A DNA stretch of 64,000 nucleotides, taken from positions 32,001-96,000 of IMG/VR virus record IMGVR_UViG_3300032232_001415, one strand, 5' to 3'. Below the pieces are notes generated by a model, which was not told the origin of the DNA, did not search any database, and saw only the letters and a program-made list of their open reading frames with translations. This DNA is from a virus (taxonomy: Duplodnaviria; Caudoviricetes). Positions 48,201 through 57,479 of the stretch are shown piece by piece. The first letter of the stretch is position 1. Each line of letters opens with the position of its first letter. A program made the position numbers and the translations under genes.

Positions 48201-50134
48201 TTTGCTGCTGATTCATAAGATGGAGCTAATTCATACTTATTATTAAATAAAGTATATCCACTAGCAATAGAAATATGATTTAATAATTGTCCATTTAAAT
48301 GAGCACTAGTAGTATTAATAATATTTCCAATAGTAAAAACTCCACTATTGCAACTATTATTGTAATGTCTAGCATCGCCTGACGTGCTAAATATAGCATC
48401 TCCTAATTGTACTGATTGTTGATAACTAAAATTTTTCTTGATCGGAGTATTTCGACACACTTTGGGTATTGTTCCGGTATCTGTTGGAGCAAACTTAATA
48501 TCTGATGCATTAATAGACATTTCAAAATCAAGATTTAAGTAAGCGTGAGCTGGCAGCAATTCTTTTTTTAGCTTTAATGAAGTTGTAGAATTTGGCGGGA
48601 ACCATAAATAACATCCGTATTTATTAGCTATGGTATTGATAAAATCAATTTTAGTTTTTACTATATTTAAATTATTAGCAGTATTAATTGGTTTTTTTAG
48701 CATCTGAGATTCAAACAAATCAATCTGATTATATATATTTCTAGTATAAGTTATACCAGATATATTTTCAAATTTTGGTTGTTTTAATAGATCAACTGTA
48801 ACTTCATCGAAATTAGGTCCGGTAGCTAATAATGCTGCTAGTTTTAATTTATTCAGTGGTGATGTTTTTTTAGTATCTGGAATATCTAGTGAACTTTCTA
48901 AAAAATCTAGTCTATTTAATATATTGAAGCACTTGTTATAGATATTAGTAGACATATAAATAAATTCTGATCCACTAGGAATAACTCCACTAATAACATT
49001 ATTCTTAATTAATTTTAAACCTGATGGACAAGTTTTTATATTTCCATTTATCGATGAGCCTTGAAGATTTAAGGGTTCTGGACCATCATTTGTAGCATAA
49101 AACATATCTCCAGGAGATATATACAAGTCAACGCCAGGTATCATTCTTTTATCTTGATCTTTTGGTATATCTTTATCAAAATATCTATACCAACATAAAA
49201 CCCCTGAACTATAATTCCATTTCCAATAAGATCCAAGTTTTTCTGTTTTTACAAAAATATTATAATGATCTTCATTTGAAAAACCGTAAGGCATAGTAAA
49301 TTTCGATGGTTCTGGTAACAAGTATTTATATGTGCCAGTTTTTGCTATATCTCCTATATTGCCGCTTAATACTGGAAAATCCCCACCATTAGTGAGATAA
49401 TTAGCGTGTGGTTTTAGTAAAATAAAATTACCAGCTGTTTTATTATTTCTTAGATATCTATTATATGATTGTTCATGAACATCTATTGTATCATGATAAG
49501 TATCCATATCATTAGGAGGTATTTCACCTATTCGTTCTTGAATTTTCCAATCACACCTTAATTCCGGAGAAGAGCTAAAAGAATTTAATGTTCTAGTAGT
49601 AAATATCTTTTCAAAACCTAATGATCTATTATTACATGCTGGAAATTGACGCATATATTTAAAATCATGAAAATGATCAATATAAGTAGAATTCAATACC
49701 GGCAATTTTGCAAGATAGTCATCTTTATATGTTCTGGTATCACAAGCTCCGGAACAACATGAAGCATATATATTGGGACTTTTATGTCCAGATGTATCCG
49801 TTAAACTCCATGTAAAACTATGTGGGCTATTTGGATCTTGACAATATGAGCAATCTAAAGATGTTTTTTCTACATCAATCTCATCATAAGTATCTCCAGC
49901 ATTAATACAGTTACAAGGATTGACGGCAACAGATTCAGATCGTGCTCTTATAAATGGTTCAACATAATTAATATTTGATTTAGAAGCTTCAATAAAAATA
50001 GGTCGCCAAATTCCACTCAATAATGGATTATACGAAGGTATTAAAGATACTAGTTTAGAAGAATCAACTGTGCAAGAGTCTAAATCTGATATATCTTGAA
50101 AAAAATCTTTTTTATATATGTCGCAGCATCCCAT
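42245..50134 (-). CDS. giant 2629-aa Cys-rich putative virion (tail/baseplate/adhesion) protein
   Basis: Uninterrupted 7.9-kb ORF in the structural block with Cys-dense N- and C-terminal regions. Confidence 0.6.
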   Translation of the reverse strand: MGCCDIYKKDFFQDISDLDSCTVDSSKLVSLIPSYNPLLSGIWRPIFIEASKSNINYVEPFIRARSESVAVNPCNCINAGDTYDEIDVEKTSLDCSYCQDPNSPHSFTWSLTDTSGHKSPNIYASCCSGACDTRTYKDDYLAKLPVLNSTYIDHFHDFKYMRQFPACNNRSLGFEKIFTTRTLNSFSSSPELRCDWKIQERIGEIPPNDMDTYHDTIDVHEQSYNRYLRNNKTAGNFILLKPHANYLTNGGDFPVLSGNIGDIAKTGTYKYLLPEPSKFTMPYGFSNEDHYNIFVKTEKLGSYWKWNYSSGVLCWYRYFDKDIPKDQDKRMIPGVDLYISPGDMFYATNDGPEPLNLQGSSINGNIKTCPSGLKLIKNNVISGVIPSGSEFIYMSTNIYNKCFNILNRLDFLESSLDIPDTKKTSPLNKLKLAALLATGPNFDEVTVDLLKQPKFENISGITYTRNIYNQIDLFESQMLKKPINTANNLNIVKTKIDFINTIANKYGCYLWFPPNSTTSLKLKKELLPAHAYLNLDFEMSINASDIKFAPTDTGTIPKVCRNTPIKKNFSYQQSVQLGDAIFSTSGDARHYNNSCNSGVFTIGNIINTTSAHLNGQLLNHISIASGYTLFNNKYELAPSYESAANAVGGKYKLCDENYLCDAQSAFTVNNNKSLWNTPNQRKVSVFNNEKAFNLTRSYPAIAYSTNIDRLGFHRDGGVYYDSNIFGSGNVVFVQGTTFSDGICEIKFTTKNVGIKLYEFSLNKLRDSTSGNARCPTFPTDQPCKCFPLSRITSHPYNCDGKLIYTNASNILYTPNISTLNSPSLKSYGGYPLSYVTELIGDTRIPNHPAVGSNIPTVDKKIDPLNPYECTKNVSFSLPNYVKTLWNLTLPNLNTNHSDIWVSVSDGSNLLNPSIIVWDDEELTTRNNPNFRRFTTKTTINNLVLWNRQQKTLFDKSNKFEPKINIELLNPFLEAALNNGEEPSETNILYTPLNCTTDVSYNNLDPRLINVGITIKQIPRKHILAFNMDPKIKSMGTLTKSFFHPNSGIVSASNFKDKTSLLFNKDTCTFDFDYERKLFLDSVIYSDSGIMFKGDLNDGVKNFIKVLNQLDNHKKIRLYLKVKNNWYEYLNSNIFGFYNPDKDETYPGYPLLFNYTNDLDYTYGPLIPAQAKKNVQLSYMYNMPNVGATGSISVPHYDDIYTYGPRLYPISTNKFYIDKDSTTKIIVDGSRAYFMVKEADSAIAINSIENISEEDLEKIIENTIIVDDNNKRWKYKGIGDKMTKESYVSLPPRNYYDNNFYESSIDYLKTNKDGYIANTDLKCILTSVKLIDLNDSTIQYDAKIKSKSLYSQLVDEGGKKITIFDSNKQKQYRKIFTVFELDLCSSCEIPLAEGVIDFSMIKSQNPIGVESFVIYDNMGNSLRSEYDSYLAQILYSTKWGDLARFDNKNQYTDILNSRFLYDKINYSYPKVPYQNMYNNLVINDTNTGLINFILTTSDPQKQSTKINISYHGETYFTIHQKYNIGQDISNVDPIYLSSSQQDVNNYLPFLDINFMNLSGIRYNSQASDLISNLKTNFDNHLLSTGNIYFSGIREKMPRSSLPADPIKTSGFFINIDKNALLKPLIFDKTFYHDTLRVDQPYYVLSKYTRKDTESNSTDCTTYYRPNLSVASENIGPYFNIGSLTNPVTGIDGKPFLDLPIYCDSDKLGPCDQLTCSMKTAGYTRLSASYQNYDYKYIKGSDLTNDSVEYYLSFDEGLFNGIGYQSIPYIQRFEIPPYSILNDKNGDNPNYCSSQTKNKPDRPFTYMDKNYQNELNSNVDNDKSTLVSNTDILANEMLFRVLYGEKQKISYDNIKKKTIVDLLTNKNRSVGYLLQYADIRTTPDKIYDLIPYDYSSNSDSSRRKISGNIDIAGVLKLGSKVKVTIGDLTINFEVKNVEGKVKIVAAGGGKTYETIIHHEKTIEERLVAIQKPGAPSPFGDNISYQLIGTCGDNIPRKDWNPFGYISKATVFGYDILAEYAKCEQCRTDPGNCQSFAGNLVSYTYMGFLFCDKHAIGDVYTTQAPCSIINEQSAEVSAGGASRGSTSCSIYATCVAANGYIDLSPAFRVGNFFDMCGGTLVQPLCGGTNCSAAPAPCEGNCYPLSYSNNLGQQVHDPVLAGYRNAGTPCECSNLPEIKYCQIVPNRCSCPQWAEGYPKIFTYQFEDCNYKFNLNGHIYRMKHGEPAKHSGKTSDIGNCNGFVPYEFKADGTATEHWGWTECIFPPPSSYDIYIEKTTTTNPYAPLCPTSLCSISYDNFSVNLSMGSVLGCFDILIKNDCPEITIEVPDNTFTVNDSINSECTTCDVINEKINMTPQNPKWETIIENKIAILGTFAIEGDLNKDAFCAGGTAHLGKGICSVPEPTFCWGDACYDGAGAVGMCGKTGNSAFVWNYGIACDLAGSPGMQFVPCTRGRGAGGLFNIGSQIRLEFGSDNGAVKGAKVAYWKSLMKQAFNDIAICRKSSEGININDLVEGVVPGSCRLKFKVISFPATAWRAGYEGGESTSATIGVHVAYYEYKYKRPKNIYDILIGSNYKKCNEALPSAPNSKHNITEKYKTPDCSNSPSCYDTTVDTCDTQDFCCKTSQRHLSEDF

Positions 50135-50136
50135 AA

Positions 50137-51780
50137 TTAATTACAGTTATAAGAAGTTAATGTCCAGTAACCATCCAAAAAAGTAAACAAGCCAATACCA
50201 CCTGGAGAAATTGCAAAATTTAATGGATTTTTATATGTTGTAGTATATTTTTGTAAATTTGGATCATCAGATAGTTTTATACTAGGATTATTTGGTTTAG
50301 TATATATTTTATATATTTCTACGCTGTTAGTAGAATTAACAACTCCGGAAGTAACAAATGGTCTGTGGCCTATCGGCTCATAAAAACCATTATTTGAATT
50401 GTATTTACAATATAGTGTGCCTCCTCTGGGAGCGGGGAAAAGACCCAATTGATCTCTTACAAAAACTAATCTTCTTAATCCTGTTGGGAGTGGACTATTA
50501 TCATAAGAAGAATCTATAATTTCAGCTCTTACTGGTGATGTATTAACAAGATCCTCCTCTATTACAACAAATACTGGTTTATAATTAGCTCCAACAGTCC
50601 ACACCCTTCCTGCTTCGTCCCATCTCAAATCAATAGGACCAACAGGCCATGTTCCTGGAGATTGAGCCCATCCTTTATAAAAAGTATTTTCTTTATATGG
50701 TTTTGACCAATATCCACTACCAGTTGATGTTGATATAAACTTCTGATTTTTACCAATAATATTACCATTGCTATCTCTTACTATGCTTCCTCCTTGAGTT
50801 TTTGGTTCTCCAGAAGAATTTGGAACAGGATATCCTTCTAGGTCATATCCCCAGCCATGAACCATCAATGGACCACGTAATCCAAAAAATCTCATATTAT
50901 TCATTACAGTAGGATCTGGTGGTATACTAACTCCTTGTGCTCGTAAATTCTTATACCATTCCGTCATATTTACATCATAATCCAGATATGATCTTTCTAT
51001 ATTAGCAGAATATATAGCTCTTAATCCATTATCTCCTGTGGGTGGAATCATACTAAATCCAACCAAATCAATACAGTGTCCACATACGTCCCCCTTCTGC
51101 TTATTAGTAAAATTACTAAATTCTCCAGTAGTAAGTACTATAGGATTCAATGTAGAATAGTTTATTACCGGAGAACCATTACCTGTTACTGGTATGATAT
51201 TAGATATAATAGTTAAATCATTTCCACTAGCTATTACATACGGAGGATACGATTCTTTTGGAGATGAGCTTGTGCTCATTTTTGATAATTTTTCTTCTAA
51301 TGTTTCACAAAAAGTACATATAATAGATTTTGTATCATATGATGATACTATGGCTGTTGCTCCTTGATTTTGTGTTATACTAGCTTGATCTTGAGGAATT
51401 TTGTATGTATATGTTTTTGTTCCATTACAAAATGGACAACCACTAGTTAAATATTTGCTAATATGAAAAGTACTAGAGTACGGCGTCGGATAAAAAGATA
51501 CTGGAGAAAATAATCCATCTAAACTCATGAATGATTTATGAGCATAATTATTTCCAATTTCGCTATTTGCTTCATGATTACTAAATATGTTAACATCAGA
51601 CTGAAGTCTCGGAAATTCTCTTGGATTACAATTTAATGAGCCCAATGAATATGGTTTAGTTGACCATTCTGGATTATAATTTAATTGTTGTTGTTTTAAA
51701 ATCGTAGCATCCTGATGAACAACAAAGTAATTATTTCCTATTAATACATTAATATTGTCTGTTTTTTTATTTTTTTTCAT
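50137..51780 (-). CDS. putative tail/baseplate protein
   Basis: RGPLMVHGWGYD and GPIDLRWD motifs, CPFC/CTFC pairs and structural context. Confidence 0.55.
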   Translation of the reverse strand: MKKNKKTDNINVLIGNNYFVVHQDATILKQQQLNYNPEWSTKPYSLGSLNCNPREFPRLQSDVNIFSNHEANSEIGNNYAHKSFMSLDGLFSPVSFYPTPYSSTFHISKYLTSGCPFCNGTKTYTYKIPQDQASITQNQGATAIVSSYDTKSIICTFCETLEEKLSKMSTSSSPKESYPPYVIASGNDLTIISNIIPVTGNGSPVINYSTLNPIVLTTGEFSNFTNKQKGDVCGHCIDLVGFSMIPPTGDNGLRAIYSANIERSYLDYDVNMTEWYKNLRAQGVSIPPDPTVMNNMRFFGLRGPLMVHGWGYDLEGYPVPNSSGEPKTQGGSIVRDSNGNIIGKNQKFISTSTGSGYWSKPYKENTFYKGWAQSPGTWPVGPIDLRWDEAGRVWTVGANYKPVFVVIEEDLVNTSPVRAEIIDSSYDNSPLPTGLRRLVFVRDQLGLFPAPRGGTLYCKYNSNNGFYEPIGHRPFVTSGVVNSTNSVEIYKIYTKPNNPSIKLSDDPNLQKYTTTYKNPLNFAISPGGIGLFTFLDGYWTLTSYNCN

Positions 51781-51796
51781 ATATATATATTCCTAA

Positions 51797-54700
51797 TTAC
51801 ATGAATCTAATGGTTCCGCCACCCATCGCTCTCATTTTATCTGTTAAATTATTTAATTTACTATTAAATTCTTTTCTTCTTTTTATAGTTTCTTGATTAA
51901 GCTGTTTTATTCTTTCGGCATTCTCTTTATTAAATAGTCCTAATTTTCTTTGATATGTTCTAAAATTATATGTAGTCGTTATACCACCACCCTCAGCAAT
52001 TTGAACAACAATACTGCTAACAATAGGGCCATTAAATACAGCCCCATAATATTGTATCATATCACCAATTTGAAAATTATCAAATCCTGGTATTTGTACA
52101 GAACCAGCTTCTAATGTTTGCTGATAATTAACATCTTCTGTAATTTTTGTCATAACATAATCATCTAATGCATTCATACCTCCAAAATTCCATGGTACTA
52201 AATTCTCATCAACTTGTACCTTTACTCCTCCAATCAAATTCTCAACCTCTTGTTCTGCTATATTTTTTCCATAATCTGGGAAAATGTCAGTAGCTATTAA
52301 ACCAGGATGATTAATCCATGGTCCATAAACATGAGTATTTATTTGAAGTGGCAATGCACAAAATAGAGGAGTCGCTGCTTTTTGAGCAAAATTATTATCA
52401 TCATCATAACTACTCGGAGATGATGTTAAGGCAGCATCCATATGATTGGCTAATCCTAATACATATCCTCTAAAATTATATGGGTTATACATATGGGCTA
52501 ATCTTAATATGCTCCTTAATTTTAATCCATTATTTACTGTTTGTTCGCTAGTTCTTCCTGGTAATAGAGCTAATGGACTATTTACCACTTTTGACATTCC
52601 TTGAGGAATACTTACTCCTTTAAAAACTCTAGCAAAGCTATCCATAGCTATAACAGCAGAAAGATTATTATCTGTTGGATTAATATTTGAGCCTATATTA
52701 ACCTTGTCTGATACCTTTAATATTGCTCTAGGTTTTCCGTTATCCGCCATCAAAAAATGTATATCTTGATCCGCAGTTGCTTTCACATAAAATTTATATC
52801 GTCCTTGTGTGCCTGTGTTATCATCAGAATTTAGGGTTTGAGGCACTGTCACACCATAAGCGTCTGGTATGTTTAATTGTACACACGGATATTCTATCAG
52901 CTTACATTCTTCTGATGACAATTTATGGTTTATTGATAGATAAAAATTAGATTCATGATTTGCATTTTGTGATGGATCAGAAAGATCTGCACCTATTTGA
53001 GCCCACCAATTAGATTCACAAAATCTACTATCAGGGGTAGTCCAAGGATTGCCAACATAGACATTTTTGTATAATAATTTTTTAAAACGTTTTGAATGGT
53101 TTTTTTCTACAGAAGCGTTATATCCTAATAATGCTGGGGTTTTGCCGCTTTCATCAGCAAAATGAGACCAATTAAAACCCCCAACAACCATAGTATCGTC
53201 TATCCAATTTCCAGCTTCTTCCCAGGCTCCATCTGTTGATATTTCATAGTTTGTATAAACCTTTCCACTTCCTTCTATAGCATAAATATCGTTTCCATTC
53301 TCATCCTGTCCTAAAACGATAAATGATCCATCATTGTTTGTTGCTGTTTGATAATCTTTATACCATCCCATGTCTGGGATTTTAACCATAAATTGTTTAC
53401 CATAATATTGATTACCAATATCTTGAAAAAATCTATGAATATTTTTTAAATCATTATATAGTGCTTTTGTTTCAGGAGCGAATCCATCGAGATTAACTTG
53501 TAAAGGACGACCATTAGCGTCTCTTCTGCTTCCAATAGCAATTATATCTCCTAATGATCTAATATAATAATTATATGATCCTGTTTTACCAATACCGTAC
53601 TTTGTTCTGAAAGCTTTATATAAAACTTCTGATATGTCTGTGGTAAAAATTAAATTATTAGTATCAAAAACATAAGACATCCATTCTGAAAATCCTGTTA
53701 TGGCTGCTCTTATTTCATTTTCTAAAACTACGAAATAAGGAGAAGTGGATTCTGTATCAGTACCATCTCCTCTTCCATCTGCCCAAAAATTAGGATTAAA
53801 ATGTGCTGCCCATGATGGTCCCCAAACTCCACCAAACAATGAATCTATCCAACTTTCGTAAGGAGTAAATTTGTTTAATGGCAAACTACATAATTCTTGT
53901 ATGTCAGCTATTCCGAATAATATTTGCAACTGTCCCATATTTTTATCTAAAAATACAGGGCGTATAAGATTATTCCATCCTACTCCAAAGTATGGAGAGA
54001 TCTGATCTTCAAAAAGTGGCACATTAGCACCAATATTAAATGGGGCACTTCCTTCGAATAGTATTCCATTATTTGCTACATTTCCAGCGAGATAATAATT
54101 TCCTTTTTTAATAGCATTTGATGTGCCAGCAGTAGCAAAGTATGTTTGATTATTAAAATCATCAGAAGCACTAAAAACAGCTGCTCCATTTTTATACTTA
54201 AAAGTATAAGATCTGGTAGAATATAAGTTAGGTTGTCTTATCTGATTAGGAGTAGCAAAATTCAAAAAGGCAGATGAATCATAGCTTATAAAAGATCCTC
54301 CACCAAAGTTTGCAAAAGGATCATATATCATAGTATTTTGTTTATATGCTAATCTTGTATTTTTTATTTGTAATAATCTCTTTTGCTTTCCTCCTATATA
54401 CATGGTTCTGGTATTAGAGTCAGAATATTCTTTACCCTGATTTGCACTATTAACTCCGCATTGAGTTTTATAATAATTTACTAATGCTTGTATTTGATTT
54501 TTTTTGGGTTGTGTTCTTCTTGAAACAGTTCTAATTTTAATAATGCCACATATTCCATTCTGAAGCTGAGAGGTTGTTGGAAATAGAAAATCTACTATAA
54601 AATCAAACCCGGCACCATCACAAATTTCTGTAATAAAATCTAAAATACTAATATTTGGCCCTGGTATTCTCACCCATTTCGGTGGCCTCGGAACATCAGA

Positions 54701-55858
54701 AATATCAATTTTTAACAAACACCTTCTTTGACTATCATAAGCTATTGTATTGGGACATATACCCATATGAGTAAGATTTAACGATGCGCCCAAACTTCCT
54801 ACTGAAGCAGCAAGAGGATCAATATCCGAAGAAGTATCATTTTCTCTAATAGTTCTACAAACAATAGCCCCATAAGGAGAAAATGGACTAATACAATCTG
54901 GATTGCTATTAGAATTTGGTCCTAGCATATTAACTAATGTATCATAAATAAATTGCGCAGACATTCCATTTTCATTTACTCTTGCATTTCCATATATTTT
55001 ATTTTTATATCCTTGATATTCTAAATAACCATATATATTAAAAATGTTAGGAATATTGCCTTGTGTTATAGTTGCATTATATGGATAATAATGGAAAGTT
55101 GGAGGAGTTGTTGATCCATCCACATTGTATGCTATTGGTCCAGCTAAGTTTTTTGTAGTAGGATTATTATTAGTATTTGGCCAAATACCACATACTGTTC
55201 CAGCGTAATGATCTATTATTAATTCACACCCTTTTAATAAATTAGAAAAACTTTTTAATTCGACATCATATGTTAGTATTCCACCCTGTGATGAATTTTC
55301 TTTCCATGATGATACAATTCCTCCAAAGCTAAAGTCTTTAAATTTAAATCTTACAGGAGTTCCTATTATTTCATATCCTTTGCTATTGAAGGTATTCAAA
55401 GATCCTGTTGAAGGCAAAAATCCTATATCTGGTCCTTGCCAAAATGCGTAATTACCGTCAAAACCATAACATACTTTTCCATTATCTTTCCATTCTGGCG
55501 ACAGAGATATATTTTCAGTGTCTCTACCATCTTCTTGTGCTTTCATTGCAAAAATAAGAGATTTATGCAAAGCTTTTGTCGGATCTTCAGTTGTATAATT
55601 ACCATCATTTTGCTTATTGAATGCTGTTCCACCAGCAACGCTGTCTGGCTGTTGAGCCCAATTATTGATAGCATTATCAACAGTTCCAGCGAACGCTGAC
55701 TGAGGATGATAACATGGATCATGTGCTAATGTTATATTTAAACTACTTTGATCTCCTCCCCATCCAAGATTACAATTAAAATTAACAACACTGCATCCTA
55801 AAAATAATGTTTGATTATACGGTCCTGCTGTAGTAAGTGGAATATTACAATATGTCAT
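51797..55858 (-). CDS. putative baseplate hub / tail-associated protein
   Basis: FLGCSV..F..NLGWG at the N-terminus, LVPWNFGG, and GGITTTYNFRTY followed by a terminal coiled coil. Confidence 0.55.
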   Translation of the reverse strand: MTYCNIPLTTAGPYNQTLFLGCSVVNFNCNLGWGGDQSSLNITLAHDPCYHPQSAFAGTVDNAINNWAQQPDSVAGGTAFNKQNDGNYTTEDPTKALHKSLIFAMKAQEDGRDTENISLSPEWKDNGKVCYGFDGNYAFWQGPDIGFLPSTGSLNTFNSKGYEIIGTPVRFKFKDFSFGGIVSSWKENSSQGGILTYDVELKSFSNLLKGCELIIDHYAGTVCGIWPNTNNNPTTKNLAGPIAYNVDGSTTPPTFHYYPYNATITQGNIPNIFNIYGYLEYQGYKNKIYGNARVNENGMSAQFIYDTLVNMLGPNSNSNPDCISPFSPYGAIVCRTIRENDTSSDIDPLAASVGSLGASLNLTHMGICPNTIAYDSQRRCLLKIDISDVPRPPKWVRIPGPNISILDFITEICDGAGFDFIVDFLFPTTSQLQNGICGIIKIRTVSRRTQPKKNQIQALVNYYKTQCGVNSANQGKEYSDSNTRTMYIGGKQKRLLQIKNTRLAYKQNTMIYDPFANFGGGSFISYDSSAFLNFATPNQIRQPNLYSTRSYTFKYKNGAAVFSASDDFNNQTYFATAGTSNAIKKGNYYLAGNVANNGILFEGSAPFNIGANVPLFEDQISPYFGVGWNNLIRPVFLDKNMGQLQILFGIADIQELCSLPLNKFTPYESWIDSLFGGVWGPSWAAHFNPNFWADGRGDGTDTESTSPYFVVLENEIRAAITGFSEWMSYVFDTNNLIFTTDISEVLYKAFRTKYGIGKTGSYNYYIRSLGDIIAIGSRRDANGRPLQVNLDGFAPETKALYNDLKNIHRFFQDIGNQYYGKQFMVKIPDMGWYKDYQTATNNDGSFIVLGQDENGNDIYAIEGSGKVYTNYEISTDGAWEEAGNWIDDTMVVGGFNWSHFADESGKTPALLGYNASVEKNHSKRFKKLLYKNVYVGNPWTTPDSRFCESNWWAQIGADLSDPSQNANHESNFYLSINHKLSSEECKLIEYPCVQLNIPDAYGVTVPQTLNSDDNTGTQGRYKFYVKATADQDIHFLMADNGKPRAILKVSDKVNIGSNINPTDNNLSAVIAMDSFARVFKGVSIPQGMSKVVNSPLALLPGRTSEQTVNNGLKLRSILRLAHMYNPYNFRGYVLGLANHMDAALTSSPSSYDDDNNFAQKAATPLFCALPLQINTHVYGPWINHPGLIATDIFPDYGKNIAEQEVENLIGGVKVQVDENLVPWNFGGMNALDDYVMTKITEDVNYQQTLEAGSVQIPGFDNFQIGDMIQYYGAVFNGPIVSSIVVQIAEGGGITTTYNFRTYQRKLGLFNKENAERIKQLNQETIKRRKEFNSKLNNLTDKMRAMGGGTIRFM

Positions 55859-55889
55859 TTATTTTCCTTTTATATATTATATTAACTAA

Positions 55890-57455
55890 TTAATATAGAC
55901 CTAATGGAGATATTTGCTGTCCATCACATCTTGTCCATTGCCATGTTTTTTGTTTGACAAATCTTCCTTCGCTAATAAACCAATTTTCACTATTAGCCTT
56001 TACAAAAGCTTTACACGATCCTCCAGCTCCAAATATATATGATGGATTAAGAGATTCAACAATTCCGGTTATAGCTTGATATGCTGTTCTTGGAAATTTT
56101 AGCCCACTTAAACTTGATGGTTTTGGCATAACAACCTCGAAAGTTACATCTCTATTTGAAGTTGTCCATGTTCCTAAATCTTGTAAAATTGGACCAAGTC
56201 TTCTTCCAAGAATAAATATTTCTGCAATTTGTTGAGTAGGAAAACTATCATTAACACTTAAAGTTTCACTTATTGATCCACTAATTAAATTTAATGGACG
56301 ATTATTATAAGTCCAACTATAAGTAACGGTACCTTCTGTTGGATTAAAGCCTTCTGTTATTCCATATGGTACTGGATTCAATGGAGATTCATTTCTACCA
56401 AAGAACCTTCTCATTATACCACTAGCATCGTTAGGATTATCTATAAAAGATCTTGCACGATCAAACATAACATTTTTAATACCAGAATATCCACTAATAG
56501 CATTTTTAAATTTACTTTCTAAAGCTATTCTTCCAGGATTAGCCATTAATGAACCACTTGCAGAAGTCCCTATGTTTGTACTATTATATATTAATCCAGT
56601 ATTAAATGGCTCTAAACCTTTTACAGTGCCTTGTATGGTTATTGTTTTTTGAAAACTATTATCATAAGCAGTATCAATACTAAAACTTTCAGCATATCCA
56701 GAAACGGCTCCGCTGGGAGTTGCTAGCCATGTATCTGTTATTCTATATGATCCATCTTTATCATTTACAGAAGTTGATCTTATAAAATTATATAACTGTA
56801 GACCAGATAACATTCCTGTTATTGAAATTCCACTAGCTATTTGGTATTTAACCCAATCTTTAGCATTTTCTATTGATGATTTACCACTTGGAATATATTT
56901 ACCAACCGCACCCAAAACTCTAGTTACTCTATAATGAGGATATCCTGTACCATTATTAAATTGTAAGTTTGGAGTTAATGAAGCTATTGGACTATTAACA
57001 TATGATGCATCTTCTAATGTTTCCATACTCCATTCGTCTTGAACACTAGAGACATAATATATTCCACTACCAGTAACTGCTATATTTATTTCTAACTCAA
57101 TAGTATATCCAATAGTATTAAGCCATCTATCGTTAGTTTTATCTGCTGAATATCTTAAAATTTTTGCTATACCAGTTACTAATGGAGTAGTTCCTCCACC
57201 AACACCAGTACAACCCAATTCAAAATTTTTGCCATCCACAAAGTTTTGTCTTAATCCGCTCTCAGCTTGTAAAAGTAATTGAAATCCTCTTTCTCCACTA
57301 GAATAATATATCTGACCTTCTAATCCTATGATTAATTTTTCAGCAATTTGTTTTCCAGCACCGTCTCTCTCATATTCTCTAGAAATAGAAACCTGAGGAA
57401 CCGGATATCCGCTTACAGCAGCAAATTGAAAACTTCCATATTTAATATATGACAT
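55890..57455 (-). CDS. putative distal-tail/structural protein, Ser-Gly rich
   Basis: Beta-rich 521-aa ORF (PVPQVSIS, ITIQGTVKGL, GPILQD) in the tail block. Confidence 0.55.
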   Translation of the reverse strand: MSYIKYGSFQFAAVSGYPVPQVSISREYERDGAGKQIAEKLIIGLEGQIYYSSGERGFQLLLQAESGLRQNFVDGKNFELGCTGVGGGTTPLVTGIAKILRYSADKTNDRWLNTIGYTIELEINIAVTGSGIYYVSSVQDEWSMETLEDASYVNSPIASLTPNLQFNNGTGYPHYRVTRVLGAVGKYIPSGKSSIENAKDWVKYQIASGISITGMLSGLQLYNFIRSTSVNDKDGSYRITDTWLATPSGAVSGYAESFSIDTAYDNSFQKTITIQGTVKGLEPFNTGLIYNSTNIGTSASGSLMANPGRIALESKFKNAISGYSGIKNVMFDRARSFIDNPNDASGIMRRFFGRNESPLNPVPYGITEGFNPTEGTVTYSWTYNNRPLNLISGSISETLSVNDSFPTQQIAEIFILGRRLGPILQDLGTWTTSNRDVTFEVVMPKPSSLSGLKFPRTAYQAITGIVESLNPSYIFGAGGSCKAFVKANSENWFISEGRFVKQKTWQWTRCDGQQISPLGLY

Positions 57456-57479
57456 ATTATTTCCTAATATATATTCCTA

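Noticed and set aside
51770-51800. Programmed frameshift fusing the 1353-aa and 547-aa tail genes at the A-rich start
   Set aside because: The upstream gene has a clean TAA and the downstream gene has its own AGGA SD and ATG.
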